A stretch of 63,959 bases of DNA, filler included, from Choristocarpus tenellus KU-1152 (taxonomy: Eukaryota; Protista; Phaeophyceae), in the NCBI GenBank assembly GCA_964200185.2. It is 10 parts of 10 records of this genome, joined end to end, with 100 filler letters (N's around TTAATTAATTAA, not from the genome) between each part and the next. Parts side by side here need not be neighbours in the genome. Positions count along the whole stretch, not along the records: positions 49,896 to 60,937 come from CAXNAD020002549.1; positions 61,038 to 63,959 come from CAXNAD020023633.1; 8 more parts are not named here. One strand, written 5' to 3'. The notes under the pieces are model-generated. The model saw only the letters and a list, made by a program, of their open reading frames with translations, was not told the origin of the DNA and made no database searches. Each line of letters starts with the position of its first letter. Position 1 is the stretch's first letter. Positions 52,330-63,959 of this stretch are shown here, piece after piece. The translations under genes were made by a program, and so were the position numbers.

Positions 52330-53611
52330 AATGGACCCAAACCGCTCCTCCATCACCCGGCATTTCAAATATCTGAACAAGCACAGGTCCATGATATTGA
52401 GGTCGGGGGAGTTAGATGGCTACGTCACAAGCCTAATCGACCAACCCTCAGTCTTCCCTGCCCCTGGCAAGATTTCTGAGTTGCCCTTGCCCGTGTGGGG
52501 AGTAGCACCGCGTTGCTGAACGACAACGTGCTTCCCCTGCAATCAAGGCATCTTGGTCTTGATTGTAGTCAGTAACTCCTCTGCGTACTACTTCCTGTAT
52601 CTCAAATGATCTAAAGTACAGTCCTGCTCATACACATCCCCCTTGTTATGGTTCTTGCTTGTCCTGTCTGCCGTTTTTGGAGCACACACAAGCCAGACAC
52701 CAAGCTTTCCATCAAAGCTGTGACCCGAATCTAGGTGGGCGTTGGCTGCAATTATCATGGTTTGAGGAATATGACTCTTGCGCTGCACAGTAGGGGACCC
52801 TGGAAGGTCGCTATCATCCTCATGCTGAAATACCCTAACCCTTTCCACATCAGCCATCGCGTAAAACGAGGTGTCATCCACATGGATCGTGTTCGCCATG
52901 GAGCCGTACACACCACGTTTTCGGTCCACTTGATCACAAACAAAGTCCATTCTCCATACCGTTTGCCACGATTTAAGTTTGGGTTTGATCCAGCGGCGAT
53001 TTGGTATGGCCCACATATCATCCAACCACCTGTTTATGGTGCTCGTGCTATAATTCAGCCCCTTGATGGCCATCTTCATTGTCACCTGACACACTGTGGA
53101 TGACCGATTATCGGAGTTGATGCTATGTATTGCGGCCATCTTGGACGGTGTGAGCTCCGAAGGCCGCCCACCATGTGCCTCCACCCCTAGGTTAAGTGTG
53201 TGGCAACGGGCGAGGTGATCGGAAACGTCCTTCCAGAGCTCTCGCATGTAACACTCGGATACTCCGAACTCCGTTGAAGGGGCTAGCTCAATGTGTCACG
53301 GCAGTTTATGCTCACCAGGGACCATCTCGAGGGCGTGACTCACTGCAAACGCAACCCTGGTATTCGGGGACACTTGGGCACCCGTCCTACGCAGGGGTGT
53401 CGATGGGGGGGTTGCCATGCTGACGTTCTGACCCTCGATGTCCCCAGTTCTGACCTCAAAATCACCCCAGAAGACTCCCTACTTAGATTGCTTGGGTTAG
53501 GGTTAGATTTTTTTGGTACTGAAAACCAGGGAGCAGATGTGTTTGACCAAGAATTTACCAGTAAGAATTTTCAGACAAAATGTGAAGTGTTTGATGAATA
53601 TACGGAGGGAG
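52330..53611 (-). mobile_element. Tc1/mariner transposon, plant/oomycete DD39D-like, pseudogenised, with one CTCCCTCCGT terminus
   Basis: The transposase reads WIKPKL...RMDFV...TIHVDDTSFY...VQRKSHIPQTMIIAA...FDGKLGVW...ADRTSKNHNKG, then past in-frame stops VVVQQRGATPH and PSNSPDLNIMDL. ACGGAGGGAG at 53602-53611 is CTCCCTCCGT on the minus strand. Confidence 0.85.
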
Positions 53612-54042
53612 AAGAGTCATAGGATCTTAGAGGGTAGAGTCCCGTCCATTTGGGGGTCAAAATCCAATGTTGCTATTTTGATGTAATTTTGGCTATCATT
53701 TTTGTTAGGAAGTGTCAATACCCTTGTTCTGGACACACCTTTTCATAACGTATACATCCTACCTATTCCAAAACATGTTCAGTAGGAAAAGGTAATAAAA
53801 CACCCCATGGGAAGCCAAGCACCAAATGGACAAACAGGTTAAAACTCGTACCCTCTAAGATGCTTTCACTCATAACATGTATTATTGAGGTTGCATTTAG
53901 AGAGTAAATTCTGCTTGTTTTCAGCAAGAGGAGGATGTTGCAATAACTAGTGTTCTTATGTTGTGTGTGTTGATACAAGCATATAACACAGTGTGAAAGT
54001 TTTATGTACATGTATCTTTAGTTCAGTACAATACATAGTAGT

Positions 54043-54300
54043 GAGTGAACGTATCTTAGAGGGTGCGAGTTTTGCCCTGTTTGCCCATTTAGGGCTTGAC
54101 TTCCCATGTCTTTTCTAATGAAATTTTCCTACTCGAAAATATTTCGGCATAGGCGAAATATATACGTTATGAGATGATGTGTCCGTAACATGGAGTTTGA
54201 CACTTCCTAGCAAACACGATAGTCAAAATACACCAAAATCGCAACATTAGATTTTGGCCCCCAAATGGACGCTGCTCTACCCTCTAAGATACTTTGGCTC
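54043..54300. mobile_element. MITE family B (~258 bp, PIF/Harbinger-like); other copies at ~22985-23247, ~36073-36271, 49064-49322, 53614-53871, 54634-54891, ~60687-60857
   Basis: TIR GAGYSAAAGTATCTTAGAGGGTA...TACCCTCTAAGATACTTT. The 3-bp TSDs are AGT (54043 copy) and TGA (54634 copy). An internal palindrome reads TACTCCGAAA..TTTCGGAGTA. Confidence 0.88.
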
Positions 54301-54934
54301 AGTAACATATATAACGGTATGATGAGTCAGTCTCTGCGCATACGTCAGGGAATGGATGGCTAAGACAAACGCTCATCCGATAACCAACAAACAGTGTATA
54401 TTCACCATGTAACACACCAGCACCTCATGATGACGAGCCTTTCCTTCATGAAGCTATTCAACACATTTAACTTATTTCCTACGTCTTAGCCATCCAGTCC
54501 TTAAATTTTTGTCTACACTCCGATTCTTTCTTTCTATCCGTGCCAATATTTTTGCTTACCGTAGGTATTTCCTTCTAAAAATTCTCACGCTCACAAAACT
54601 CAGACTAATTCGTAAACTTCCCTATTATATTGAGAATCAAAGTATCTTTAAGGGTAGAGTCGAGTCCGTTTTGGGTCCAAATTCCAATGTTGCTGTTTTG
54701 ATGTAATTTTGGCTATCGTGATTGTTAAGGAAGGGTCAATATCCTTGTTTTGGACACGTCTTTCATGACGTATACATTTTCCTACTCCGAAACAATTTCG
54801 GAGTAGGAAAATGTAAACAAAAAACTGTGGGAAGCCAAGTCCCAAATGAACAATCCGGGCAAAACTCGTACCCTCTAAGATACTTTCAATCTGAATTATT
54901 ATGCCATCTGAGACTCAAAGTATCTGAGGGGGGG

Positions 54935-56560
54935 TGTTTTTGCGCCTCAACTGCAGTAGAACCTACATCTTTGCTGATGGATAAGTGGCATGGATGGGAG
55001 GCTGCTTGCACTTCTGCAAACACAACATCTAGGAGGACTTTATCCCAGTATTGAGCTGATCCAGCGTCCGCAAGTGTCCCAGTATGGAAGATCACATCCA
55101 TGCGGAAGTTCAGGACCATTGTGAATGGGCTACTATCCCCAATGGTGGAAGGGATGCCCACTCCTTTGCAGAGTTGACCTAGATGCTTAACCATCTGCGT
55201 GTGCTTGCGTGTCTGTCCTCCTGCCCTAGGTCAGGTACGAGGATGTCTAGTATCGAAATTATGCCTCTGCGCCCGGTCACCAGGCACCTGTTGAGCAGAG
55301 TCTCCTCCCTCCCTAGAGATCCGCTAGGAGTGAGTCTAAACTCTACGGGAGAGATCTGGCGTGCAGGTTCCAGGAGGCCTATGCATTTGCCCCTTGTCCA
55401 CACTAACTCTGGTGGTGGGCTAGGTCTAATATAGAATTCCCCTCCCTTGTTTGCATCGTCTGGTAGGTTGACCAATTGCACCTGGAACGAGTCGAACCGG
55501 ATCCTGTTCAGGATGCGGGTGATCTCATCTTGTATCCTCCTTGTGATCCAGGTCTCGTGGGTTGCTAGAGTGTGGACCTCTGGGATAGGGGTAGAAGTTG
55601 TTGTTCCTCCCCAGGCTATCCAAAATTCATCAATAATTCCCACCAAGTCTTCTGAAAGGACTCCTGCTGAGAGGAGGGTATGGATGGATGATCTCAGGGC
55701 CCGGACGGTTGGGCTCATACATATGGCCTGTGGAAACGCCTCTCCATTTGGGCCTTGTTGCCTTCCTAGGAGTGGGGAGAGGGATCAACGGTGATCCTAC
55801 GAGAGCTGCATGCTGCCGATGTTTCATGGAGGACAGGCCCAGGCCCTCCCAGCTTGTGGGCATCTGTGCCTGTACTTGTTGGTGTGATTCCAGGTGAAGA
55901 GACCCATTTTCACATCCCCCATCGAAGATATCAGTGGCTCCAGCTGAGTCTGCTACCTCCATTATCGTTTCTACAGTACACAGTGAGGTGCTGTCTGCTT
56001 GTTCCATGGTGAAGCGCGCCAAGTGGGGGAGAGTGACCCTCACCTAAACCTGAAGCAGGAAGATAGGGACCAGGAGTTGGTGAGCCAGGCAAATTGTTTA
56101 TCCTCAATCTCACTCAGATGCCTGGCCAACATTCATAAGCCTGATTTCTCAATCACCCCGGCCATGTTTGGCTCGGATGAATTCATCTTTCCCTACTGGG
56201 GTCCCTATAGTGTGACATGACAAAGTCATTTGGGTCCGGGGCCAGGTTGATTCCCACCGTGGCAAGGAGTTACAGTTCGAAGGAAGTGGGATGGTGGCCC
56301 TGGGGTGTTTCAGCAAGGTCTTATCCATGTTCAGGACGATGCCCACCTCGTACAGACTGTCTTCAACTGCTCAAAGGCAGCTATAGCAGTGGAGTTTATC
56401 TCCCTTGCATAAATGTATGTGTCGTCCAGGAACTTTGGGAGGAGACTCCTGGGGTCCAAGGTAGATTAGACCCGCTGTAGAGCTCTAGCTGTAGCCATGC
56501 AGTATAGAAGGGCGTCAAGGGGATCCCCTTGTCATGCCGACCTTGATAGCATTACCTTAA
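54935..56560 (-). mobile_element. Degenerate CRE-like LINE: RT C-terminal half, linker and REL endonuclease, interrupted by a MITE A end
   Basis: QGDPL lies near 56525 and an LDD-type RT motif near 56425. Downstream are MPTSWEGLGLSSMKHRQHAALVGS and the endonuclease motif FRMDVIF...VLLDVVFAEVQ...GSTAVEAQKH. Many frameshifts. Confidence 0.85.
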
Positions 56561-58239
56561 TTCCTCCCTAATCCAGGAGGAAAAGAAGATCACGGGGTAC
56601 TCCCATATACCTTGGACACATAGGGTAGGAGTCCTGATAGGGGCTCGGGGCTTGAAGGCGAAGTGGTGTAATCTGCTTTAATAATATATATTACACATAA
56701 AACACTACTGTAATCGGTACGTACGTGTAATATTCTCGGGTATATTTTATTTTGCTGACATTTTCCAGGTAAAGGGGGAGGGGAAAAGCGCAATACTGTA
56801 TGGCTAGGACTACTGCAAATACAACAGATGTCGTCAATGGTAAGACACCGCCACAACTCCCTAAAATATGTGACAGACAAAAAAAAGAAGACAACCCGGA
56901 AAAGTTATCACGTAGAGGAAGAAACATGTGCACGATCAGGTTAGTATGTTACGAAAATCAATTTCCCGCTTTCAGTATGAAGTACTTCCTGCATAGACGG
57001 TACATGTTCATAACATTTTTTGGATGAGCAACAGAAGTCCAAGCAGTGGCTCAACGTATCCGAAGGGGGGGGGAAGGGGTCTAGACCAGGGTGTCCATTT
57101 CGACCCGGACCAGGAAAAGTGCTCTTACATTATCCATCTAACACATGCAACCAAATCATCAAAAAATTGGGACATGAAAAAATAGGCCCCAAATGGGCAG
57201 CCTCCATCCCCCCCCAGATACTTCGAGTCAGTTTGTCATCAACCCCACTGATCCACCAGCAATGGTGTAGCTGACACTGCGACCAAGACACGAAAGTACA
57301 CCCATTACGAGGGATATTTTGATTTGAAGTTTTAATTTCAACACCTTCATGGTGGAAAGTATTGGACGCCGTTTGAGATAGTGTCTATCACTGTACAAGT
57401 AGCTCTCTCGAGACGTGTCAAGTTAGAGACGTCAAGTAGATGGGCAAGAAGGGGCCTGTCAAATTGTTGGGATGCTTCCTAGGCTTTTTGCCCACCTTTG
57501 TAAGGCTTAGGCAGGCTAGAAGAAGCATAGCAGTAATTACCAACCATAAACATTGTTTTTTTTCGAATAATGTGAAAGTTTATAAAGTAATCTAAATTTT
57601 GTGGGTGGGAGAATTCTGGTTGGCTGGGGGCACAGGACAAGGGAGGGTATAGGAAGGAAAAAGAAGTAAGCAAGGAGGGAACAAAAGTCAAGGAATGACA
57701 GGCTAAGAGAGAGGGGAGAAAGGTTAAAAGAAATGAGTGGTAGGAAGAGGGTTGGGGAACAAAGGATCAGTATCTGATAAGACGGCTGAGAATCAGGGGT
57801 ACAGGGTGAGGAGGGCGAGAACAACACAACCTCCAAGCAAGCTTTCCCGCCCACCCACCCTGTCGCTTGCTCACGACCGACGGGAGTACTGGGAAAGGTG
57901 GGGGGGGGTCAAGTTCGGGCGGGGTAGATATCTTCTAGCTCAAAGGCACAGTACGAAGGGGATCATAAAGAGGTGTTCTTGGATTATTGTGGAGTGGTGT
58001 TGATTGGAGTGGTAAGACCCAAAGTATCTGGGGGGGGGGGGTCTACACCCGAGTGTCCATTTGGACCCAAACGAGGAAAAGCGCACTTTCATTATCCATC
58101 CATGTTACAGAAACAAATCACCCAAAAATTGTGACATGAAAAAATTGACCCCAAATGGACAGACGCAACCCCCCCCCAGATACTTCTAGCCTAACTGCTG
58201 TAGGGTTGAGGAGAGTGGTAACTTGTGTGGGGTTGAAGG

Positions 58240-58510
58240 GTGGGGGGAGTGACTGGAAATCAGGGGCGAAAGGGTCGCACTGGTTGGTCATCAGATGGGG
58301 GAGGGGTGACTGGAAATCTGTGACGAAGGGGTCGCACTGGTTGGTTATCAAATGTGGGGGGTGACCGGAAATCGGTGATGAAGGGGTTCGCACTGGTTGG
58401 TCATCAGAGGTGGGGGGTGACTGGAAATCAGGGGCAAATGGGTCGCACTGGCTGGTCATTAGAGTTGGGGGATAAATAGGAAATCAGTGGCGAAGAGGTC
58501 GCACTGGGCT
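58240..58510 (+). repeat. ~55-bp G-rich minisatellite, about 5 units
   Basis: Unit GGGGGTGACTGGAAATCAGGGGCGAA.GGGTCGCACTGGTTGGTCATCAGA. Confidence 0.88.
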
Positions 58511-61500
58511 GGTCAGAAGAGGGGATACATGGGGAAGGAAAGAAATGGGGAAATGAGTGGATTGCGAACAAGGAATATTATGATAATAATAATCCAGAAT
58601 TCGTGAGCAAAACAAAATATAATATTTAAAGTGTTATCTCTTGCATTAGTATATCTATTGTATTTGCAACAACAGTCTTTGTTATATATAGCTCTGATTT
58701 TCCCTTACACATCTTCAACATGTCAGAGAGCATAAAAATAAAAAAGTATGTATCGGACCATCTGTGAAATGACACGGAGTTGTAATGCATTGCCGAAGTT
58801 GTAATAATCTTCATCCTCGCATGTGTTGTTGATGTGAGGTCGTTGAACTTAATATCTTCAGAGGTTAGATATACACGTGCACAGGTCGATTGTAGAAATA
58901 CGAATGTTACTGTTTTCCTTCGTTTGGTATATAATATTTACTGTATCTGGGGTTTATTGTTACGCCAAATAATTTGAAACCTGAATCGAATGCATTGTAT
59001 ATGTAAGCGAAACACGTAGACTGCGAGTGAAGAGGAATCATGGAGTTGAAAAGCACCGATGAGTAGGATGCGTAGTCTGTGGTATGAGTAGATGTGGTTG
59101 AGAAGCAAGGCACTGATGTATTTGTTCTGTTGCAACTGAAGTAATTGATCTCTCAGTTAAGAATGATGTGATGTGAATTCAGTGTTATTCCATTATATAC
59201 TCAACGAAAGAAGTCCATGCTCTGTGTAGAGGCTTGTTACCTTGGCTGACAAGGGTTTCAGTAGATGGTTTTAACTCTGTGTGTATTACATCCAAGTGTG
59301 TGTCAGGGGCACTATTGCAGAGTGAGCTTGAGGTGCTCAGTGAGGGGACAATGACAATCAATAAAAAATAATAAACTATTACCGTGCATCTGGGGTCTTA
59401 TGCATATAAAAAGAAAGAACATAGATGGCAGACAACAACAAATAGAAAAAAAGGAACACAAGGTAAAAAGTGGAATGCACTTGATGCAAGTTCCGAAGTA
59501 ACTTGAATGACGTGTGCTATGATGTTCCTGTGTGCGATGTGGATCAACTGAATATCAACTGATGCTATACTTCTATCTACTGTCATCGATGTGATGATGA
59601 GTTGGGATGCGCAATAAATAAATGAACGCTAATTACCAGTGCAGTGCACCAATCAACAGCCAGTACAAGCTGGTAGTTTTGTGTATCATATCAACAAGAA
59701 ACAAATGAATAGCCTATGTTTTAACAAATAACATGGTACAGAGATTGTCATGTAGCCAATACAACTAATATAAAGGAGAGAAGACAATACACACAACAGG
59801 AATAGAATCTGAAAAAGAAGAAGCATCATGTAACGAATATAACAAACAGGGCAACATTAGAGAACTTATCAGGAACATCAGAGTTTTGTATGTAAAACAA
59901 GAAAGCAAGAAGGTGCAGAAAACATCTATAATTGAAACTATACCTAGACTCCTAGACTTAATCTATGAAAAAGCGGCGAGAATCAAAGGACAAATCCCAC
60001 CCTTCATGTTTCATCCTTTCCCTATTGTACATAACATCTGCAAGATGTCAGAGGGCATTTAAAAATTACGGTTCTACTACACCACTGATTCACATACAGG
60101 TACAACTGTTGGAAATGTATCCCTCGTAGTGTTGTAGTACCACTGAGGAGTTTTTTTGTGATGGGAACGTTTATACCCAGTGGTACGCTAAAGAGGAGAT
60201 AGGCTTCTTGCCAAAGGCATTCTTTATTGTGGCCCTTATCCCTATAGTGTTGTGGTAGGAATAGTGCCACAGTGCTACAAATTGATTGGGAATGTTTCAT
60301 ATGGGTGCAGAAGGCACGAATAATGACCTCCACCTTCCCTGCAGAGAGATGACTTGAATCAACACTTCTTTATTGGTTGTTTGTTTTCTCCTTCCCGAAG
60401 TGCTCTGGTGAACGAATTGTGGGAATTGCCAATAATTTCATCTCATTTTTTCCGAGTATAAAGTTCATCATCCCACACACAGAAAACCACCGGACAAGAT
60501 GAAATTTACGCAAAACACAAGAATAACTCAGATTTTATGTTAATGCCATTGTTCCAAATGATGTAATGATGTTTACGTAGGAGGGATGTGTCGATGCACA
60601 TTCGGGAGTGTCATTTTCCCCCTCACTTAAAGCCCACACACACAACTGCTGTTCGGATACTTGGAAGCTCAGGGCCTGATCACGGAAGAGTAAAAATATC
60701 TTAGAGGGTAGGGCCGCGTCCGTTTGTACCAAAATCCAACTTGTGATTTTGATAATATTTTGGCTATCGTGTTTGGTTAGGAATTTTCAATATCCTTGTT
60801 CCGGACACACCTGTTCATAACGTATGCATTACACCTACTCTGAAATATTTCGGAGTGGCTTAAAGTATCTGGGGGGGGTATGTTCTGTCCGTTTGGAGTC
60901 GAGTTTTTCATGTCGCGATTTTTGGGTGATTTGGTTGNNNNNNNNNNNNNNNNNNNNNNNNNNNNNNNNNNNNNNNNNNNNTTAATTAATTAANNNNNNN
61001 NNNNNNNNNNNNNNNNNNNNNNNNNNNNNNNNNNNNNAACGTTTGCACTTCGTTGAAATACAAGAAGAAAAGCTCGCGCTATTCGCCTGTAACAGTAGTA
61101 CCACTCTAATCTCCTCACTCCTTCCCTAAGCATTGTTGAAGCCTTTATGGTGTTAACTTAGTGCACTGAAGCATGATTCATCCACCAATGCCGGCCACCC
61201 TTCATTTCCACCCCCTCATCAACAGAGAAGTGTTTTATAGGTTGCGTTTTTCACAGATTTCAGTCATGCCTTCGCATTAACTATAGAAAATGTCGGGCCA
61301 CACTTAGTGTGATTCTTGAGATCCTGTTCAATACCAGTTGACCTGGGCATGAATCAATGATGCTGATGGGGTAAATCAGATGAAGAGTGAGATGCTCTGA
61401 GAAGGGCTTGTTACTTAATGAAAGAAAGGTTGAAGATGTTCAACTCTGAATATATATCGTCCTGGTATATTCAGGTGTACACGAAAAAGCAGAGTGAACT

Positions 61501-63487
61501 CATTTCATCCTCTCTATACTTCCCACAACAAAGTAGTATCACACCTGACTCCTATCCTGACTCATTCACAAGTTATTGACCAAGATAATTAGCTTCTAGT
61601 TTTTTTACCATTTTTTTAGAAGCATTTTCTTTCCTTGTCGCTCTTTGCTGCATTACTAAGGAAGCCCTCAAAATCTATTGACCTTAAGTGGTGCAATTGA
61701 AGGATCAGGATCCTGGTGTTTCACAGACGAGCTTCTCGCGTGGAAAGGAGTCCTAGCGCTTAGAATTTGAGCCGTCTGTTTCAGGGATGTTAAATCGGGG
61801 GTGCTATAATTTCGACCTCATGATATCCAAAGAAGCGATGGATTATCTTATGTGGCAAATAGGGATATCAGAATCCAGGTTACATGAGATTTTCACTGGT
61901 CAAAGTCGTTCACAAGACATATGTGATCCTGCATGGGGTTATTATAACTGTCCCGAACAGTGGTATCACAATTGTTGTCAAATCGAGGATCCTCTAACTT
62001 CGACCTCATGACATCCAAAGAAGCAACGTTTTCTTCCGTTTGGTACCTGGGAACTGTGTGCGGTACCCAACTGGCTCAGATTCACACACCTCAAAGCAGT
62101 TCGCGAGATACAAGTGATCTCATACAAGGGTATGACGATCGGGGTTCCAAGCAATTTGTGAACTCGGAGAAGAACATAGGTAAGGAGCAGAAATGCATGA
62201 AAGAGGAAGAAAAGATAAGGCCACATTGCTAGCCCTGAGTGGAGCTCTAAAATGTGTTTGGATGAAGACTTTGAAGCTAATGAAGACGGCCGAGGAGGAG
62301 GAGGAGGAGGGGGGGGGGGGGGGGGGGGGGGAGGGGGGGGGAGGGGAGGGGGGGGAGGGAGGCCGCCCNNNNNNNNNNGGCAGGGAAGAAGGAGGAGGAG
62401 AGCAAGCTGAGAGAGGAGAACCTCATCGCCCTCCCTGGAACTGAAGTTTACATTCAGGATGTAGAAGAAAGTCACGAAGAGCACAGCGAGGTTGTGGACA
62501 AACAGATAATGTTACAGCACGCTCCACAGCTTACCTCCACGGGATGCATAGCTCCATCCACAATATTACTGATGCACGTACAGGACTCCTGATGCACAAG
62601 TCGTCAAGTATGGTGGATCTCTGACTTGGATTATTGCCTTCATAAGTATCGATATCATCACAAAAAAGGAACAGGCAACAATGTACCACCTGGGGCATGA
62701 TCATAACAAAATAATAACTAAATAGTCAAGAAGTACAAATATTTCAAATCTAGTACTTCAAGAGGTCATAATGGTGTTTATGAAATCACCATCAAGACAT
62801 GACATATCACCTGTGTAACAACAATAGGTGGGCGGAGAGATGGCACTACATGTGGAGATCTGAAGAAGTATCGAATCTGTGCGAGCTCAATACACTTAAA
62901 TACTTAAATATTCTTCAGTGACCTAAACACCAATGAACAGTAAGACCTGGAAGGTCAGTCCCACACAGCAACATGCAGGGATTTAGTATATGCCATTACC
63001 ATAATAAACCAAAGTATATGTGCTCCCTTCACTTTCAACGCCTAAAATACTTCAAAATGCTTCACTATTATACACCAAAAGTATATGCTGCTATATTTCT
63101 CGACTCCTGTACTACTCGCAACCTATACCCACACAACTAACCTATTAACATATTCTCTCTGCCAGTACTACATGTTTCCTTATTTAAAACCGTAAAATAT
63201 ACTTCGGAGTAGCTGTTTGTTCCCAGAGACGTGTAATTTGCACCCCAACAACAACAATCTCGAAAAACCTGTAATATCTCTATGCCAGCTACCATCTATC
63301 GAAATGCAATTATCCGCTCACGCCACTACACACCCCTTGTTCTCAGGTTTCAATGCCAAGGATTTGTCAGAAATTGATCGTACGCGACAAATTTGATTTG
63401 TTCGATGTGTGAATATATTCCTATGTATCTTCTTATTTATTAATATTTATGTAGGTATCTATCTGTTAGTGTGAAGTGCGTGGTTCA

Positions 63488-63795
63488 CTATTTTTATTAT
63501 TATGCCCTCTGATATTTAAAAGATGTGGCAGGGGAAAAACTAATGAAAACTATTCACATGTCAGAAAAATGGCCAAAGAAGTAACAGTTGTCACAAATGT
63601 GACAAACATTTGTCCATCTATGTTGTACCACTGCCTTTCTGTATCTCTAACCTACCTATTCCTGCGCCCTAGGGTAGGGAGCTAGGGAAGCATCCCAAGA
63701 ATCTAACAAACCCCTCCTGCCCATCTCTTTGGTGACTCCAGCTTATAATGCATGACACGTCTAGACGGGGCCACTGCGTTGTTACAGAGACTATT
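63488..63795 (-). mobile_element. 5'-truncated CRE-like LINE copy
   Basis: Homologous to 3805-4130 and 24672-24939 (GGGA.GCATCCCAAGAATCTAACAAACCCCTCC; TTATTATGCCCTCTGA terminus). Confidence 0.8.
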
Positions 63796-63959
63796 AGTAG
63801 TTAACTGTAGAAATCCTCATTTCACGAGTATCACCTTTCGGATAATCCATTAGATCCATGGTACAAGACCGACCCAGATATCACTATCAGGCTCAAAGTA
63901 TCTGGGAGGGGGTGGCGGCTGTCCATTTGGGGTCAATTTTTTAATGTCGTGATTTTTAG

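Noticed and set aside
58240-58510. Possible CRISPR array
   Set aside because: The units are similar along their whole length, there are no spacers or cas genes, and the context is eukaryotic.

Overview
Eukaryotic, intron-rich and transposon-rich nuclear DNA. A stramenopile, probably a brown alga, is inferred from the TE types, the Topo VIB and Tubby sequences and the TTAGGG motifs; this is not proven. The window is not one continuous locus. It is ten fragments joined by nine identical 100-nt spacers (N44-TTAATTAATTAA-N44), and no gene can be followed across them. Host genes reconstructed by hand from splice sites and reading-frame phase are: (1) the 3' part of DNA topoisomerase VI subunit B (+); (2) a convergent gene encoding a myosin converter, a degenerate IQ motif, a charged helix and a complete Tubby domain (-, 5' part missing), which is the most striking finding; (3) the 5' part of a secreted, probably reprolysin/M12B-type metalloprotease (+); (4) an unidentified multi-exon gene with two micro-exons (-); (5) the 3' part of an FNR-type FAD/NAD(P)H oxidoreductase (+); and (6) a complete RNA polymerase I subunit RPA12 (+). 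Mobile DNA includes a Copia gag, Ty3/Gypsy gag-protease, RT and integrase remnants, and a Gypsy 3' LTR plus a solo LTR. There are many CRE-like (REL-endonuclease) LINE fragments, twice arranged as head-to-head inverted pairs. There is also a DD39D-type mariner with a Stowaway-type terminus and two abundant MITE families with 3-bp TSDs. No rRNA, tRNA or CRISPR array was found. All exon models are manual and untested.
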